From positions 32,001 to 96,000 of IMG/VR virus record IMGVR_UViG_3300029288_000082: a DNA stretch of 64,000 bases. One strand, given 5' to 3'. The notes under the pieces are model-generated. The model made no database searches, was not told the DNA's origin, and saw only the letters and a program-made list of their open reading frames with translations. Positions 9,356 to 18,693 of this stretch are shown in pieces; positions within the stretch are counted from its first letter, which is position 1; each line of letters begins with the position of its first letter. The stretch is from a virus (taxonomy: Duplodnaviria; Caudoviricetes). Both the position numbers and the translations under genes were made by a program.

Positions 9356-10408
9356 TCAGTTCGGCTTCGATCCGCCGTCGAGGCGCCCGGTGCGCACAAG
9401 CTGATCGCGCATCGCACGCAGGTCCGCGGTCGCCGCCTCCTCCGCCTCGGCCTCCTCGGGCGTGGGCGAGACAGCAGCCTCGGCGGCCGCAGCCGCCCGA
9501 TCGGCCTCCATGCGCTGCATCCCAGCCTCCATCGCCTCCGCCAGCATCTCCCCCTCCAGGACGCTCGGGGGCCCCTCGTCCAACGGGCCGTCCCACATGC
9601 CAGCGGCCTCCAGCTCCTCCTCCAGTCCGGACGGCCCATCCGGGAGCTGGATCGCCTCGACCATGGCCTGGCGGCGCTCCAGGTCCGCCTGGGCCGCCAC
9701 GTTGAGGCGCTCACGCACCTCGTCGCGACGGGCGATGGCGTTGACGCTCCAGGCCGCCCCCTCCTCCTCGACGGGCACCTCGCCGAACATACGCAGCCCC
9801 CCCGTGGTGGGGAACTCCGTGCCGGCCGCCTCGTAGCTCGCCTGGGCATCGCGCTCGTCCGCGAAGACCTCCACGATGGGCGCCGCGCCCTCTCCCTGCG
9901 GCGTCTCCACCACGTAGAACTGGAGGTCGGATCGGCGCACCACGCCGGGCACGATCTCGTCGTCCGGGTGCGGCTCGGCGCCCTTGGGCTCCAGCCCCAG
10001 CGGGATCCGCATGCCGGGCGGCAAGCACCAGAGGTGCGTCTGGGGGGCGTCCACGCGCCGATCCTCTGATGGGAAGATCTCGCACGCCTCCGCGGTCGGC
10101 CCAGCGATCTCGTTCTTGATCCGCTGGAGATGCTTCCACTCGGGCGGCCTCCCATCTCGACGCACGATGATCATGTGCATCACAGGCGCAGCTGACGGGC
10201 GCCCATCCGGCCCCATCATCACGAAGCCCGAGCTGGTCGTCTGCTTCACGTAGACGGCGTACTTGTGGTTTGCGAACGCGGCCACCACTCCCTGGGCCGC
10301 CCCCTCCGGATCGACTGGCATGCGCTGCAGCGGCACCCACTGCGTGCTGGCCGCGCGGTTGCGATCGAAGCGGACGACGTTCTTCCCGTTGTGCTGCTTG
10401 CTGGCCAT
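9356..10408 (-). CDS. Conserved phage hypothetical protein with acidic C-terminus
   Basis: WKHLQRIKNEIAG...EIFP...HLW motif common in phage proteins; start MASKQ at 10408. Confidence 0.65.
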   Translation of the reverse strand: MASKQHNGKNVVRFDRNRAASTQWVPLQRMPVDPEGAAQGVVAAFANHKYAVYVKQTTSSGFVMMGPDGRPSAAPVMHMIIVRRDGRPPEWKHLQRIKNEIAGPTAEACEIFPSEDRRVDAPQTHLWCLPPGMRIPLGLEPKGAEPHPDDEIVPGVVRRSDLQFYVVETPQGEGAAPIVEVFADERDAQASYEAAGTEFPTTGGLRMFGEVPVEEEGAAWSVNAIARRDEVRERLNVAAQADLERRQAMVEAIQLPDGPSGLEEELEAAGMWDGPLDEGPPSVLEGEMLAEAMEAGMQRMEADRAAAAAEAAVSPTPEEAEAEEAATADLRAMRDQLVRTGRLDGGSKPN

Positions 10409-10413
10409 ATCGC

Positions 10414-10734
10414 TCACCCGATCCGCGCCTTCACGCGCATGTCGAACTTGCGGGGGCGCCCCTCGCGCAGGACAGCCACGATCTCGGCGTGGCGATACAG
10501 CTCGGCCACCTTCTCTCCCAGCGCATCCTTGGTCTCGAACCCCGCCACCTGGAGCTGCTCCATCGCCTCGTGGCGGTACAGCACGGCCCACGGCATGGCC
10601 GCCTGCAACAGCGGGTCCGTGAACTCCATCGCGTCGCGCACCTCGGGCGTCCGCTCCGGGATGTTGGCGATCTCCCGCACCAGCCGCACCGGCAGTTGCA
10701 GCACCGTGTCCCCAGTCACCTTGTCCACGTTCAT
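10414..10734 (-). CDS. Hypothetical protein
   Basis: 106-aa ORF, tight operon spacing. Confidence 0.55.
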   Translation of the reverse strand: MNVDKVTGDTVLQLPVRLVREIANIPERTPEVRDAMEFTDPLLQAAMPWAVLYRHEAMEQLQVAGFETKDALGEKVAELYRHAEIVAVLREGRPRKFDMRVKARIG

Positions 10735-11408
10735 CTCACTGCTCCTTCTGGCGCTCCTGCTCCAGCGCCTCCAGCCGATCCATCAACTGGTCGTTCATCC
10801 ACGCCATCTCCGCCGCGTTCCGCTGCCACCGGCGGATCGTCAGCGTCCGCCACAAGCGCCCGATCAGGACGCCGATCATCAGCGCCGCCACCGCGGTCCC
10901 CGCCAGCATCCACCACGTCATTGGTCACCTTCCCGCGCACACGTGTGCGCATCTGCACGATCCGGCGCCACCCCGCCAGGCGCACCTGGATGAGCTTGGC
11001 CACGGCATCCAGTGGCGACGAGACATGGAGGGTTCGACGCTCCTGTCCGTAGGCGGGGAACGTGCACCAGCCGTCCGGCTCGAACCGCGTGCCGAGCCAT
11101 GCCTCGATCAGCGCCTCCTCGTCCCAGGCCCCGCTCTGGAGCAACGTGTTGGCCTGTCGGCAGAGCATCTCGACCATGGCCCTGGCATCGTCCGTCTTCG
11201 TTGCGGCGTTGGTAGCATCACGCGCCGTCGTCATGATCTCGTCCTGCCCCCCCTGGGCCGACACCGTCACATCCAGGTGAACCAGCCGCTCCCCGTAGAA
11301 GGCCACCTTGGCGTACACGTCCTGGACGCCAATCTCCAGCTTCACATTGAAGCCCGGGAGACCATCCAATACCAGGGCCGCATCGATCGCGCTTCGCTGA
11401 TCGCGCAT
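10731..11408 (-). CDS. Stand-alone TSCPD-like domain protein (class II RNR C-terminal domain)
   Basis: ANTLLQSG...LIEAWLGTRFEPDG...SSPLDAVAKLI resembles the NrdJ C-terminal domain; tail reads through the palindrome. Confidence 0.55.
   Translation of the reverse strand: MRDQRSAIDAALVLDGLPGFNVKLEIGVQDVYAKVAFYGERLVHLDVTVSAQGGQDEIMTTARDATNAATKTDDARAMVEMLCRQANTLLQSGAWDEEALIEAWLGTRFEPDGWCTFPAYGQERRTLHVSSPLDAVAKLIQVRLAGWRRIVQMRTRVRGKVTNDVVDAGGDRGGGADDRRPDRALVADADDPPVAAERGGDGVDERPVDGSAGGAGAGAPEGAVR
10736..10921 (-). CDS. Small membrane protein
   Basis: N-terminal hydrophobic helix then coiled coil. Confidence 0.55.
   Translation of the reverse strand: MTWWMLAGTAVAALMIGVLIGRLWRTLTIRRWQRNAAEMAWMNDQLMDRLEALEQERQKEQ
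10935..10950. promoter_or_regulatory. 16-bp palindrome GCGCACACGTGTGCGC
   Basis: Perfect inverted repeat upstream of the RBS of 10736..10921. Confidence 0.75.
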
Positions 11409-11420
11409 CCTGATCCTTCC

Positions 11421-12128
11421 TCACAGCGGCAGCAGCCGCTGCACCTTCCCGTGCTGGGCGTACCAGCACTCTCCCATCAGCGGGCACCGCTCGCACTCGG
11501 GGTACTGCCCCGCTGCGCACGGCCCCGCGCCCACGTCCAGGACCATGCTGATGGCCATGTAGGGCGCCGTGAAGATCGGCCCGTTACCATCTGGGGGGCC
11601 ATCCCCGTCCCCAGCCTGCGCCGCGGCCTCCAGCACCTCGCCGATCCAGATAGCGGGCGTCACCTCGGGCGCAACACGGCGCCCCACCCGGTCCACATTG
11701 GTATCCACCGGCACCGCAGCGAAGCCGTGCAACGCGGCCACCATGGCCGCCGTGTAGGGGCCAACGCCGTTCTGATTCGCCAGGTAGGCCGGGAGCTGCG
11801 CCCGCGACAACTCCCCCAGCGCCACGTAGTGGAGCACCTCCGCGAGGCCGTTCACCGTACGCAGCTTCATGGCCCCCAGGCCCAGTGGGGCCACGCGCGC
11901 CAACCGATCCGGCTCGGACAGCGACAGCCAGTCCAGGTAGCTCGTGACGCCCGCGAACACGTCGAAGTAGGCCCGGGCCACCGCGTCCGCTCGGGTCTGC
12001 GCGAGCAGGCCCTCCACCAGGGCGCGCCGATCCAGTGGCTCCTCGGGGCTGCGCCAGGGAAGCAGCCGGTCGTTCCAGTGCCGATCCGCCCAGGTCAACA
12101 GCGCCTGTACCTGTGCTGTCGCTCCCAT
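11421..12128 (-). CDS. HhH-GPD DNA glycosylase, MutY/EndoIII-like, with 4Fe-4S motif
   Basis: LPWR, EGLLAQT, GVGPYTA, VDTNVDRV, C-x7-CxxC-x5-C. Confidence 0.85.
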   Translation of the reverse strand: MGATAQVQALLTWADRHWNDRLLPWRSPEEPLDRRALVEGLLAQTRADAVARAYFDVFAGVTSYLDWLSLSEPDRLARVAPLGLGAMKLRTVNGLAEVLHYVALGELSRAQLPAYLANQNGVGPYTAAMVAALHGFAAVPVDTNVDRVGRRVAPEVTPAIWIGEVLEAAAQAGDGDGPPDGNGPIFTAPYMAISMVLDVGAGPCAAGQYPECERCPLMGECWYAQHGKVQRLLPL

Positions 12129-12221
12129 GCAGCCCTCCTCCGCCAGGGAAAAAGCGGGGGCCCCTCGGGAGGCGGGCGGGGGGGACGCTCACCTCGACCG
12201 AAGGGCCCCCATAAACCTATT

Positions 12222-13271
12222 TCACCGCACGCGCACCCCCTCCATGCGGTACGTCCGCTTGCGGCCCTCCGTGACCACCGGGATCCACAGCGGCATCTCC
12301 TCGCGCGTCGCCCCGAGCCAGCGCGCCACCGTCGTGATCTTGCTGTTGTACCAGAGGTTCCGCTCGGCGAATGGGTCCGCCCCGGGCCACAGCATCCATG
12401 GGCGCGGGTGCGGATCCCGCACGCGGTAGCGGGACGAGTAGAACAGCGCACGCCGGGCCATCTCCTCGGCCCCGATGTACAATCCCGGCACGATCGACGT
12501 CAGCTGGTCGAACTGCTCCCGCGTCAGGTGCTTCATGGAGTAGCGCATCTGCCAGGGACCACCGTCGAACTTGTTCCCCATGTGCATCGTCACAACCTTG
12601 CCGCTCTTCATCTTCACCTGGACCTTGCCCTTGGCGAAGTCCGGGTGGGTGACGATACCCCAAACCGTGTCGCGGTCGTAGGTGAGCCGGAACTTGTCCA
12701 CGACCTTCTTCTCGACCTTGCGGGTCGCCGTGCGGCCGCGCCACGTCTCCGTGATCAGGACCTTGCCGACGTGGGTCGCCGCCCACTTCCGCGCCGCGAA
12801 GCAGAGGGCGCACTCGTTCATGCCGGACTCGTTGGCCATCGTGGCGAAGGCTCCCCACGGGTTCAGCGCCACGCCGGTCTGCCGCTCCACCTCCTCCAGC
12901 GCAGCCAGGAAGTGCGCCGCCCAGAGCGCCGCCTCGAACACCAGATCGTCCTCGGCCACCTCCTCGCCACAGCGCTCCCAGCGCACCTGCTTGCTCTCGG
13001 GGTGCACCCGGGACCGCAGCACGCCGATCGTCAGCCGCTCCACCAGCGGGCGCTCCGCGGTGCTCGCAGCCCACAGGTGATCCATGTCCACCGCCACCTC
13101 GGGCACCGGAACCGTCAAGCGCGCGATCTGGTCCTTCAGGTGCGCGTCCGGATCCGGGACCGTCAGCTCCTGCTCCGTGTTGACCACCTCTCCGTGAACC
13201 GTCACGGCGCCCGCTAGCATGGCAGCCAGCGTCAGCGCCAAGAGTAAGATCGGTACTCGCATCTCGTACAC
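12222..13271 (-). CDS. Exported protein, possible lytic transglycosylase-like fold
   Basis: N-terminal signal/TM; MANESGMN and GPWQM resemble SLT motifs I/II. Confidence 0.4.
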   Translation of the reverse strand: MYEMRVPILLLALTLAAMLAGAVTVHGEVVNTEQELTVPDPDAHLKDQIARLTVPVPEVAVDMDHLWAASTAERPLVERLTIGVLRSRVHPESKQVRWERCGEEVAEDDLVFEAALWAAHFLAALEEVERQTGVALNPWGAFATMANESGMNECALCFAARKWAATHVGKVLITETWRGRTATRKVEKKVVDKFRLTYDRDTVWGIVTHPDFAKGKVQVKMKSGKVVTMHMGNKFDGGPWQMRYSMKHLTREQFDQLTSIVPGLYIGAEEMARRALFYSSRYRVRDPHPRPWMLWPGADPFAERNLWYNSKITTVARWLGATREEMPLWIPVVTEGRKRTYRMEGVRVR

Positions 13272-13316
13272 CTCCTTCGCGGCCGACTATACCACAACCT
13301 GCCGCGCAGCAACCGC

Positions 13317-13721
13317 TCAGACCGCGCGAAGCGCCCCCCGCCGATCTTGCAACTGCTGCCAAACCTCCCGGCCGTACTCCTCGTCGCCCAGCACGAGGTT
13401 CAGGAGCGCCACCAGCGGCCCCACGCGCCCCTCGCTCTCCACGCCAAACGCAGCGAGCTTCCCCGCCAGGTAGGAGTAGTGGTGGAGCGCGCCATCGCTC
13501 AGCGTCAGCGCGATCAGGCCCTCGTGCGCGGACACTGACACCAGCAGGTCCCCGACCGCGCACCCCAGCGCCTCCGCGGCGATCTGCGATCGGATGGGCG
13601 TCGCGACCAGCACGTAGCGCGTGCCATCCCCGGGCTGCCACTCCACCAGGGTGACGCCGTGTTCGTCCTCATAGAACTTGTCGTACTTTCCCCCGTACCC
13701 AGTCACCGACGGCTTCCGCAT
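13317..13721 (-). CDS. Hypothetical protein, paralog of 6323..6739
   Basis: EWQPGDGTRYVLVAT motif. Confidence 0.6.
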   Translation of the reverse strand: MRKPSVTGYGGKYDKFYEDEHGVTLVEWQPGDGTRYVLVATPIRSQIAAEALGCAVGDLLVSVSAHEGLIALTLSDGALHHYSYLAGKLAAFGVESEGRVGPLVALLNLVLGDEEYGREVWQQLQDRRGALRAV

Positions 13722-13752
13722 CTTTCTCTCCTTGCCCGCATCGCGCGAGCAG

Positions 13753-14142
13753 TTAGCGCCCATCTGGCGGCGGCGGTGGCACGAACACCCCCCGCGCCAG
13801 CAGCGCGGCCTCGCTGTCATCGTCCTCCTCCGGATGATCGCGCACCACCACCAGGATCGTCTGCGATCCACAGCGCGGGCACACGCCCGCTTGCCGCTGC
13901 TCCGGGGTCTGATCTTCTGCCCCCGGCACCCCCGCCTGCCACCCGCAGCGCTCCTCGGACAGCTTGGTATGTGAGCAGGTGCCGCGGAACCGGAAGCCCG
14001 GGCACGAGCAGCGTACCTGCCCTTGCACGATGAGCGCCTCCACCTCGTACTCCGTCCCTGGAGCGGACACCGACGGAACCTGAAAGGACAACCGGCGACG
14101 TACCGCAGGACACGCCTGCACCTCGATCAACTTCGGTGGCAC
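13753..14142 (-). CDS. SWIM zinc-finger protein
   Basis: CSCPGFRFRGTCSH plus CPRCG. Confidence 0.7.
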   Translation of the reverse strand: MPPKLIEVQACPAVRRRLSFQVPSVSAPGTEYEVEALIVQGQVRCSCPGFRFRGTCSHTKLSEERCGWQAGVPGAEDQTPEQRQAGVCPRCGSQTILVVVRDHPEEDDDSEAALLARGVFVPPPPPDGR

Positions 14143-14185
14143 CTTCGCACCTTACACCTCGTAACCAGTTGGAGATCGTGATGCA

Positions 14186-14215
14186 ATACTACCATTAACC
14201 TTGCGGTTTGTCAAC
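14186..14215 (-). promoter_or_regulatory. Sigma70-type promoter TTGACA-17-TAGTAT
   Basis: GTTGACAAACCGCAAGGTTAATGGTAGTAT. Confidence 0.75.
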
Positions 14216-14219
14216 AAAA

Positions 14220-15029
14220 TTAGCAGGTACCGCTCGAATCATAGCAATGGCAACACACCAACCCATCCTGGTAGTTGTCACAGTGATAATCGGTGTCTAT
14301 CTGCCCGATGGGAAAGGTTCCACCAGTGCAAACATTGGGGAACATGCACCCGTAATGCGGGTCTGCCACCGGGCAGGGCTCCGGGTCCGGCGGGTCCGTG
14401 TCGTCGGGGAGGTCGCAGCAGACGAAATCGTACTGGCAGAAACCCGCCACGACCGTGCCGTCCACTATCCCACAGAGCCACTCAGAGTAGCACAACTCCT
14501 GGCAGGGATCGGTATCCGCGTCCGTGTCCGCGTCGGTATCCGCATCGCTGTCCGCGTCGGCATCGGTGTCCGCATCGGTGCTGGCGGGATCGCAACAGAC
14601 CGAACCGTCATCGTCCGGGCAGATCCCTGCGACCATCGTGCCCGCCTCGCAGTCGTCGTAGGGCAGGCAGGTGTGCGAGCACATGGGGTGCGGCATGCCC
14701 GCGCAGCAGATGTAGCCTGAAGCGCAGCCGGTCGCACTCGGCAGCTCCCATCCCTCCCACCAGGCGCACTTGGCCGCCGTCACGCAGCCGTAGGTCGGCT
14801 CGCACGGGCCAGCATAGTCCGTGTCGCTGTCGGCATCCGCATCCGCATCGCCGTCGGCGTCTGCGTCCGAGTCCGCGTCGGTGTCCGCGTCGGTGTCGGA
14901 GTCGGTGTCCGCGTCCCCGTCTGCATCTGTGTCCGCATCTCCAGAAGATGTGTCCTCATCGAACGGATCGTATCCACCGGGATCGCCACAGGCGGCCAGC
15001 AGCACCAGAAATATCCATGAGCGTTTCAT
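14220..15029 (-). CDS. Lipoprotein with D-[TAS] linkers and four 6-Cys repeats
   Basis: MKRSWIFLVLLAAC lipobox; DADTDAD runs; C..C..C..C..CC units. Confidence 0.75.
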   Translation of the reverse strand: MKRSWIFLVLLAACGDPGGYDPFDEDTSSGDADTDADGDADTDSDTDADTDADSDADADGDADADADSDTDYAGPCEPTYGCVTAAKCAWWEGWELPSATGCASGYICCAGMPHPMCSHTCLPYDDCEAGTMVAGICPDDDGSVCCDPASTDADTDADADSDADTDADTDADTDPCQELCYSEWLCGIVDGTVVAGFCQYDFVCCDLPDDTDPPDPEPCPVADPHYGCMFPNVCTGGTFPIGQIDTDYHCDNYQDGLVCCHCYDSSGTC

Positions 15030-15213
15030 CGTTTGCCTCCTTGCACTTGGACGGACTGCACGTCCGGTTCCCCGCATTGTATCACCGCGTTCCCCTCAGC
15101 GCAGCGCATAACGACGCCGACCACCACCAGGGCGACCACAAAGGCGACGCTTAGACGGCACAGGCGCGCCCGGGCCCGATCCAGCTGGTCGTCGAAGGGC
15201 AACCGCAATGCCA

Positions 15214-15468
15214 TCACGATCCTCCCAAGCGCGCCATTCTAAGGCGCTCTTTGGCGCGATGAAGGTGATCCGCGTACATCTCATCGAGCGCCGCGGCCTC
15301 AGCATCGTCGAACGCGCGCAGGATCCGCTCCAGAACCTGCCCCTGCGCCTCCGCCGCCAGCATCCGCCCCCGGTCCACAGCATCCAGGGGCCGAGCATCC
15401 TCCAGTTGGAGCGCGCGCTGGCGCACCTGCCGCAACTCATGCTCTACGATCGTACGGTACGGGCCCAT
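15214..15468 (-). CDS. Hypothetical protein
   Basis: GGAGG RBS, promoter directly upstream. Confidence 0.55.
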   Translation of the reverse strand: MGPYRTIVEHELRQVRQRALQLEDARPLDAVDRGRMLAAEAQGQVLERILRAFDDAEAAALDEMYADHLHRAKERLRMARLGGS

Positions 15469-15481
15469 CCCATCCTCCGCG

Positions 15482-15541
15482 CGGGCATCATCGCCCTGCC
15501 ATCGTGAGGATAGCTTAACCCGTTGTTATGCGTTTGTCAAC
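15482..15541 (-). repeat. About 60-bp promoter+leader duplicated at 37043-37102
   Basis: GTGAGGATAGCTTAACCCGTTGTTATGCGTTTGTCAAC is identical in both; TTGACA-17-TAAGCT. Confidence 0.85.
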
Positions 15542-15860
15542 CGCAAATCGGACCAGCGGGGGAAACGGAGGATCCATCGCGGGGGGCAATTGCGAAGACG
15601 TCCTCGGTGCGGATCACGGTGTACCGATGATCGCCGATATCCACGTCGCTCCCAGCGAACTGGCCCAGAAGTACGCGATCCTGGACCTGCACCGCGCCGG
15701 CCTGGGGCCCGACCGCCAGCACCTGCGCCCACGACAGCGGCTGTTGCGCCTTGGCGGGCAGCACGACCCCCCCGGGGGTCCGGCGCTCCGCCGGCTTGTC
15801 GCGCTGGATCAGGATGTAGTCCCCTTGCATCATCACCGCCTTGGCAACGTTGTCATCCAT
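15537..15860 (-). CDS. groES: Co-chaperonin GroES
   Basis: GDYILI...TPGGVVLP...VLAVGP...DRVLLGQFAG...EDVFA. Confidence 0.85.
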   Translation of the reverse strand: MDDNVAKAVMMQGDYILIQRDKPAERRTPGGVVLPAKAQQPLSWAQVLAVGPQAGAVQVQDRVLLGQFAGSDVDIGDHRYTVIRTEDVFAIAPRDGSSVSPAGPICG

Positions 15861-16067
15861 TTTTTCGCTCCTTGTAGTCCAGGCACTTGCGGCCCAGTTG
15901 CATCGCTCGTTCGATCTCGGGGCGCGTCAGCTGCCGCGGTTGCAGCGCGCACCCCTTCCGCTTCTTGGCATCGGCCATCCAGAGCACCTCATCGAAGGTC
16001 AGTGCCCGCGCGCCCACCTCCTCGGCAAGCTGGAACGCCTCCAGCAGCCCCACCGCGCGCGCCACTG

Positions 16068-16274
16068 CTACGCTTCCCCGAGCAGCCAGGTCTCCAGCGT
16101 GACCTCCTGCTCCTGATCGACCACCACGGTGGACACGTGCCCACCGTACTTGGTCGCCATCTGCTGCGCCCGCGCCACATCTGTATAGGATCCCCAACAA
16201 CGAACCCGGAATCCGATGGCCGGCCCGGTGGGTTGCTCCTCCCGCGCCTGCGTTGTCACGATGTAGATCAGCAT
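16068..16274 (-). CDS. Hypothetical protein
   Basis: AAGGA RBS, downstream of promoter and palindrome. Confidence 0.5.
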   Translation of the reverse strand: MLIYIVTTQAREEQPTGPAIGFRVRCWGSYTDVARAQQMATKYGGHVSTVVVDQEQEVTLETWLLGEA

Positions 16275-16291
16275 GTGATCTCTATCCTTTC

Positions 16292-16338
16292 GCGAACACG
16301 TGTTCGCACCTTAGCCCATCGCACATCGGTTTGTCAAC
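16292..16338 (-). promoter_or_regulatory. Promoter TTGACA-18-TAAGGT with perfect palindrome (16292-16307) directly after the -10
   Basis: GTTGACAAACCGATGTGCGATGGGCTAAGGT-GCGAACACGTGTTCGC. Confidence 0.75.
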
Positions 16339-16690
16339 GAGATTGGCGCTCCTTGGCGCGCTTGCGCTTGGCCTGCGCCGCCATGACCTTCAGGACGGCC
16401 TCGGGGCGCCACGCGTGACCCGTCCACATGGCGTACCCGTACTTCCCCTTCACGTGGTCGGCCAGGTACTGCCCGTGGCTGGACGCGCGCTGCATGCGCG
16501 TCCACACCGTGCGGGGCACCTTGACGTAGCGGTAGAGCCACCCCGGGTGCGCCTTGCGCCCGGGCCCGCGCGCGCGGAACCGCACGAACAGCATCCGCGC
16601 CTCGTCCGCGTACCCGATCTCATGGATCGTGCTGCTCTCAACTCGAACCATCGCTGGCATCCCATCGGGGTCTGGGGGTGGACGGAACAC
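16334..16690 (-). CDS. KTSC-domain protein
   Basis: VESSTIHEIGY...LFVRF...YRYVKVP...ASSHGQY...VKGKY. Confidence 0.85.
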   Translation of the reverse strand: MFRPPPDPDGMPAMVRVESSTIHEIGYADEARMLFVRFRARGPGRKAHPGWLYRYVKVPRTVWTRMQRASSHGQYLADHVKGKYGYAMWTGHAWRPEAVLKVMAAQAKRKRAKERQSR

Positions 16691-16909
16691 GATCTTACCT
16701 TAGCGCATCCTCCTCGGACGTGTCACGGGGATCATTCCAGGGGACCTCGCGGTCCTCGTGGTCCACCAGCAGGATCGCGTGGACAGCCGAGGCCGCGCGG
16801 AACACGCCATCCTCGTCGCGCACGAGCCGATCGTCGGGCAGCGACCGCGTCCCTGTGGGGGGCACGCCGCGCAGCGGCAGCGCGCGGAGCAGGCCCAGCA
16901 TCGCGTCCA

Positions 16910-17149
16910 TCAAGGGTCCCTCCCCGCGGCCTCGTCCCTGGCGGCCTCCTCCACGCACGCCACACACGCGCGGGAGAGCGCGCCACGGATCTCCAGGCCG
17001 TGGAAGAACTGCAGCTCCGCCAGCGGCCTGGGCTCGCCGCAGACGTGGCACGTCATGACCGGATCGAAATGGTACCAGCGGCGCAGGCAGCACACCTTGT
17101 ACTTCCTGCCGGATCCGCATGGACATTGGTCGTTGCGACCGATCTTCAT
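16910..17149 (-). CDS. SEC-C motif protein
   Basis: [20 protein letters not shown]. Confidence 0.8.
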   Translation of the reverse strand: MKIGRNDQCPCGSGRKYKVCCLRRWYHFDPVMTCHVCGEPRPLAELQFFHGLEIRGALSRACVACVEEAARDEAAGRDP

Positions 17150-17589
17150 TCGCGCCCATCCAGGATCCGCATCCCTTGATGGTAACGCTTCGAGATACCA
17201 CGCTGTTCAGGAGGCAGCTCATGCGTCCGCATGAGGTTATCCTCTAAGTCGGCTCGCTTCACGCACACTGCGATCCACGATCCGCTCTGCGCAATTGCTC
17301 GCACGTAGTCCGCATGCGTCGGCCGATCCGGAGTTCCAGCGGCAGGCCGAGACAGCAACATCACCGCCTCGACCACCTCTTCCGAAAAGCGCGCCTCCAG
17401 CTGCGCGCGCGTCACGCCGCAGTCCTCCACCACGTCGTGGAGCACCGCCGCGCACATCGCCGCCTCCCCGGCCGGGTAGACGCGGGCCATGACCCGCAGC
17501 GGGTGCAGGATGTACGGCTTCCCGACCTTGTCCACCTGCCCCGCGTGCTTCCACGTGGCAAACCGGATTGCCCGCTCGATCTGCGTCAC
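17146..17589 (-). CDS. HD-domain hydrolase, SpoT/MESH1-like (small alarmone hydrolase family)
   Basis: [30 protein letters not shown]. Confidence 0.85.
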   Translation of the reverse strand: MTQIERAIRFATWKHAGQVDKVGKPYILHPLRVMARVYPAGEAAMCAAVLHDVVEDCGVTRAQLEARFSEEVVEAVMLLSRPAAGTPDRPTHADYVRAIAQSGSWIAVCVKRADLEDNLMRTHELPPEQRGISKRYHQGMRILDGRE

Positions 17590-17598
17590 AACACCCTC

Positions 17599-17916
17599 CT
17601 ACCGGTCGATCCCCTCGCGCCAACAGGCGAGGTCTTCCTCGTACGCCTCGCGGTCCACCTGCCGCTGCGTGGGCACGTCGTCGTCGTAGCAGTCCGCGCA
17701 GACGCGCGCCCCGTCGATCAGCTCGTAGTCCCGGCACGCCTCCCCGCGCTCCTTGCAGACGTCACACTGCGGACAAGAGCAGCACTCTCGGCAGGTGTCG
17801 CACTCGTCGCAGTACGACTGGCCTTCGTCCAGCTCCATCCCGCAACTCGGGCACTCCTTCGCAACCTCCCCCTTCCCACCGCACACCTCGCACTGGACCA
17901 TCCACTTCTTCGCCAT
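17599..17916 (-). CDS. Cys-rich zinc-binding protein
   Basis: Multiple CxxC; start MAKKW. Confidence 0.55.
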   Translation of the reverse strand: MAKKWMVQCEVCGGKGEVAKECPSCGMELDEGQSYCDECDTCRECCSCPQCDVCKERGEACRDYELIDGARVCADCYDDDVPTQRQVDREAYEEDLACWREGIDR

Positions 17917-17917
17917 C

Positions 17918-18355
17918 TCACACCTCCAGTACGCGGATCTTCTCCATCTCCGCGTCGATCTCCCCGGAGATCCGGTTGACCTTCTCGGACAGCTTCGCGT
18001 GGTACTTGCGCAGCGCCTCGACGTACTCGCGTCGCACGGCGAGTTCGTCCGGGTTGGCCTTCTCCCAAGAGTTCCCATTTGACCAATCGTGAGCATCCAA
18101 ATGCGGGGATCCTTCGCGCCAAATTCCAACGCTGTACCGCGTCTTCGCATCGGAAGGCTTCCCAATGCGAAGCTCCCCTCCGCTGTACTGCTTCGCAACT
18201 GTCAGGCGGCGGTCCATCTTGAGCTTCCGCAGGTGGGTCCCACACAGCGGCGCTCCATCGTGCTCGCCCTTCGCTGGTTTCCCACACGGAGCGCTATGGC
18301 GGCTCCATACCTCACCAGCCCCGACCATCGCCACGCACTTCTTCTCGTCAGCCAT
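17918..18355 (-). CDS. Hypothetical protein
   Basis: GGAGG RBS before MADEKK; LCGTH motif. Confidence 0.55.
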   Translation of the reverse strand: MADEKKCVAMVGAGEVWSRHSAPCGKPAKGEHDGAPLCGTHLRKLKMDRRLTVAKQYSGGELRIGKPSDAKTRYSVGIWREGSPHLDAHDWSNGNSWEKANPDELAVRREYVEALRKYHAKLSEKVNRISGEIDAEMEKIRVLEV

Positions 18356-18366
18356 CGTCGCCTCCG

Positions 18367-18693
18367 TCACGCCTTCCGGCGGTTGCCGCGGGCCGTCACC
18401 TCGACGCGCCTCCACCGCTTCCCGCAGTCCACGCACGTCCCGACCTCGGCCCCCCGCTGGTAGACCACCGTGCCGCAGCGGTGCGGCTGCGGGGGGGCAT
18501 CACGCGCCATCTCGTCCCGGCAGTCGTTGCAGATCCGCTTGCGCCCGTAGTGCAGGTACGGCTGGACCTGCGAGCAGTTCAGGCACACAGGCATGCCGCA
18601 CCGGAAGCACCGCGAGCGCACCAGGGCGCTGCTGTTCGCCGGAGCGAGGCAGTCGATGTCCACGACATTGCAGTGTTCCATTCGCATCGTCAT
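18367..18693 (-). CDS. Zinc-finger protein
   Basis: CFRC, CLNC, CNDC, CVDC. Confidence 0.5.
   Translation of the reverse strand: MTMRMEHCNVVDIDCLAPANSSALVRSRCFRCGMPVCLNCSQVQPYLHYGRKRICNDCRDEMARDAPPQPHRCGTVVYQRGAEVGTCVDCGKRWRRVEVTARGNRRKA

Noticed and set aside
11025-13217. Long plus-strand ORFs (also 32518..33960, 44608..46221, 58186..59484 and others)
   Set aside because: Antisense shadows of motif-bearing minus-strand genes in high-GC DNA; R/H/P-rich with no recognisable motifs
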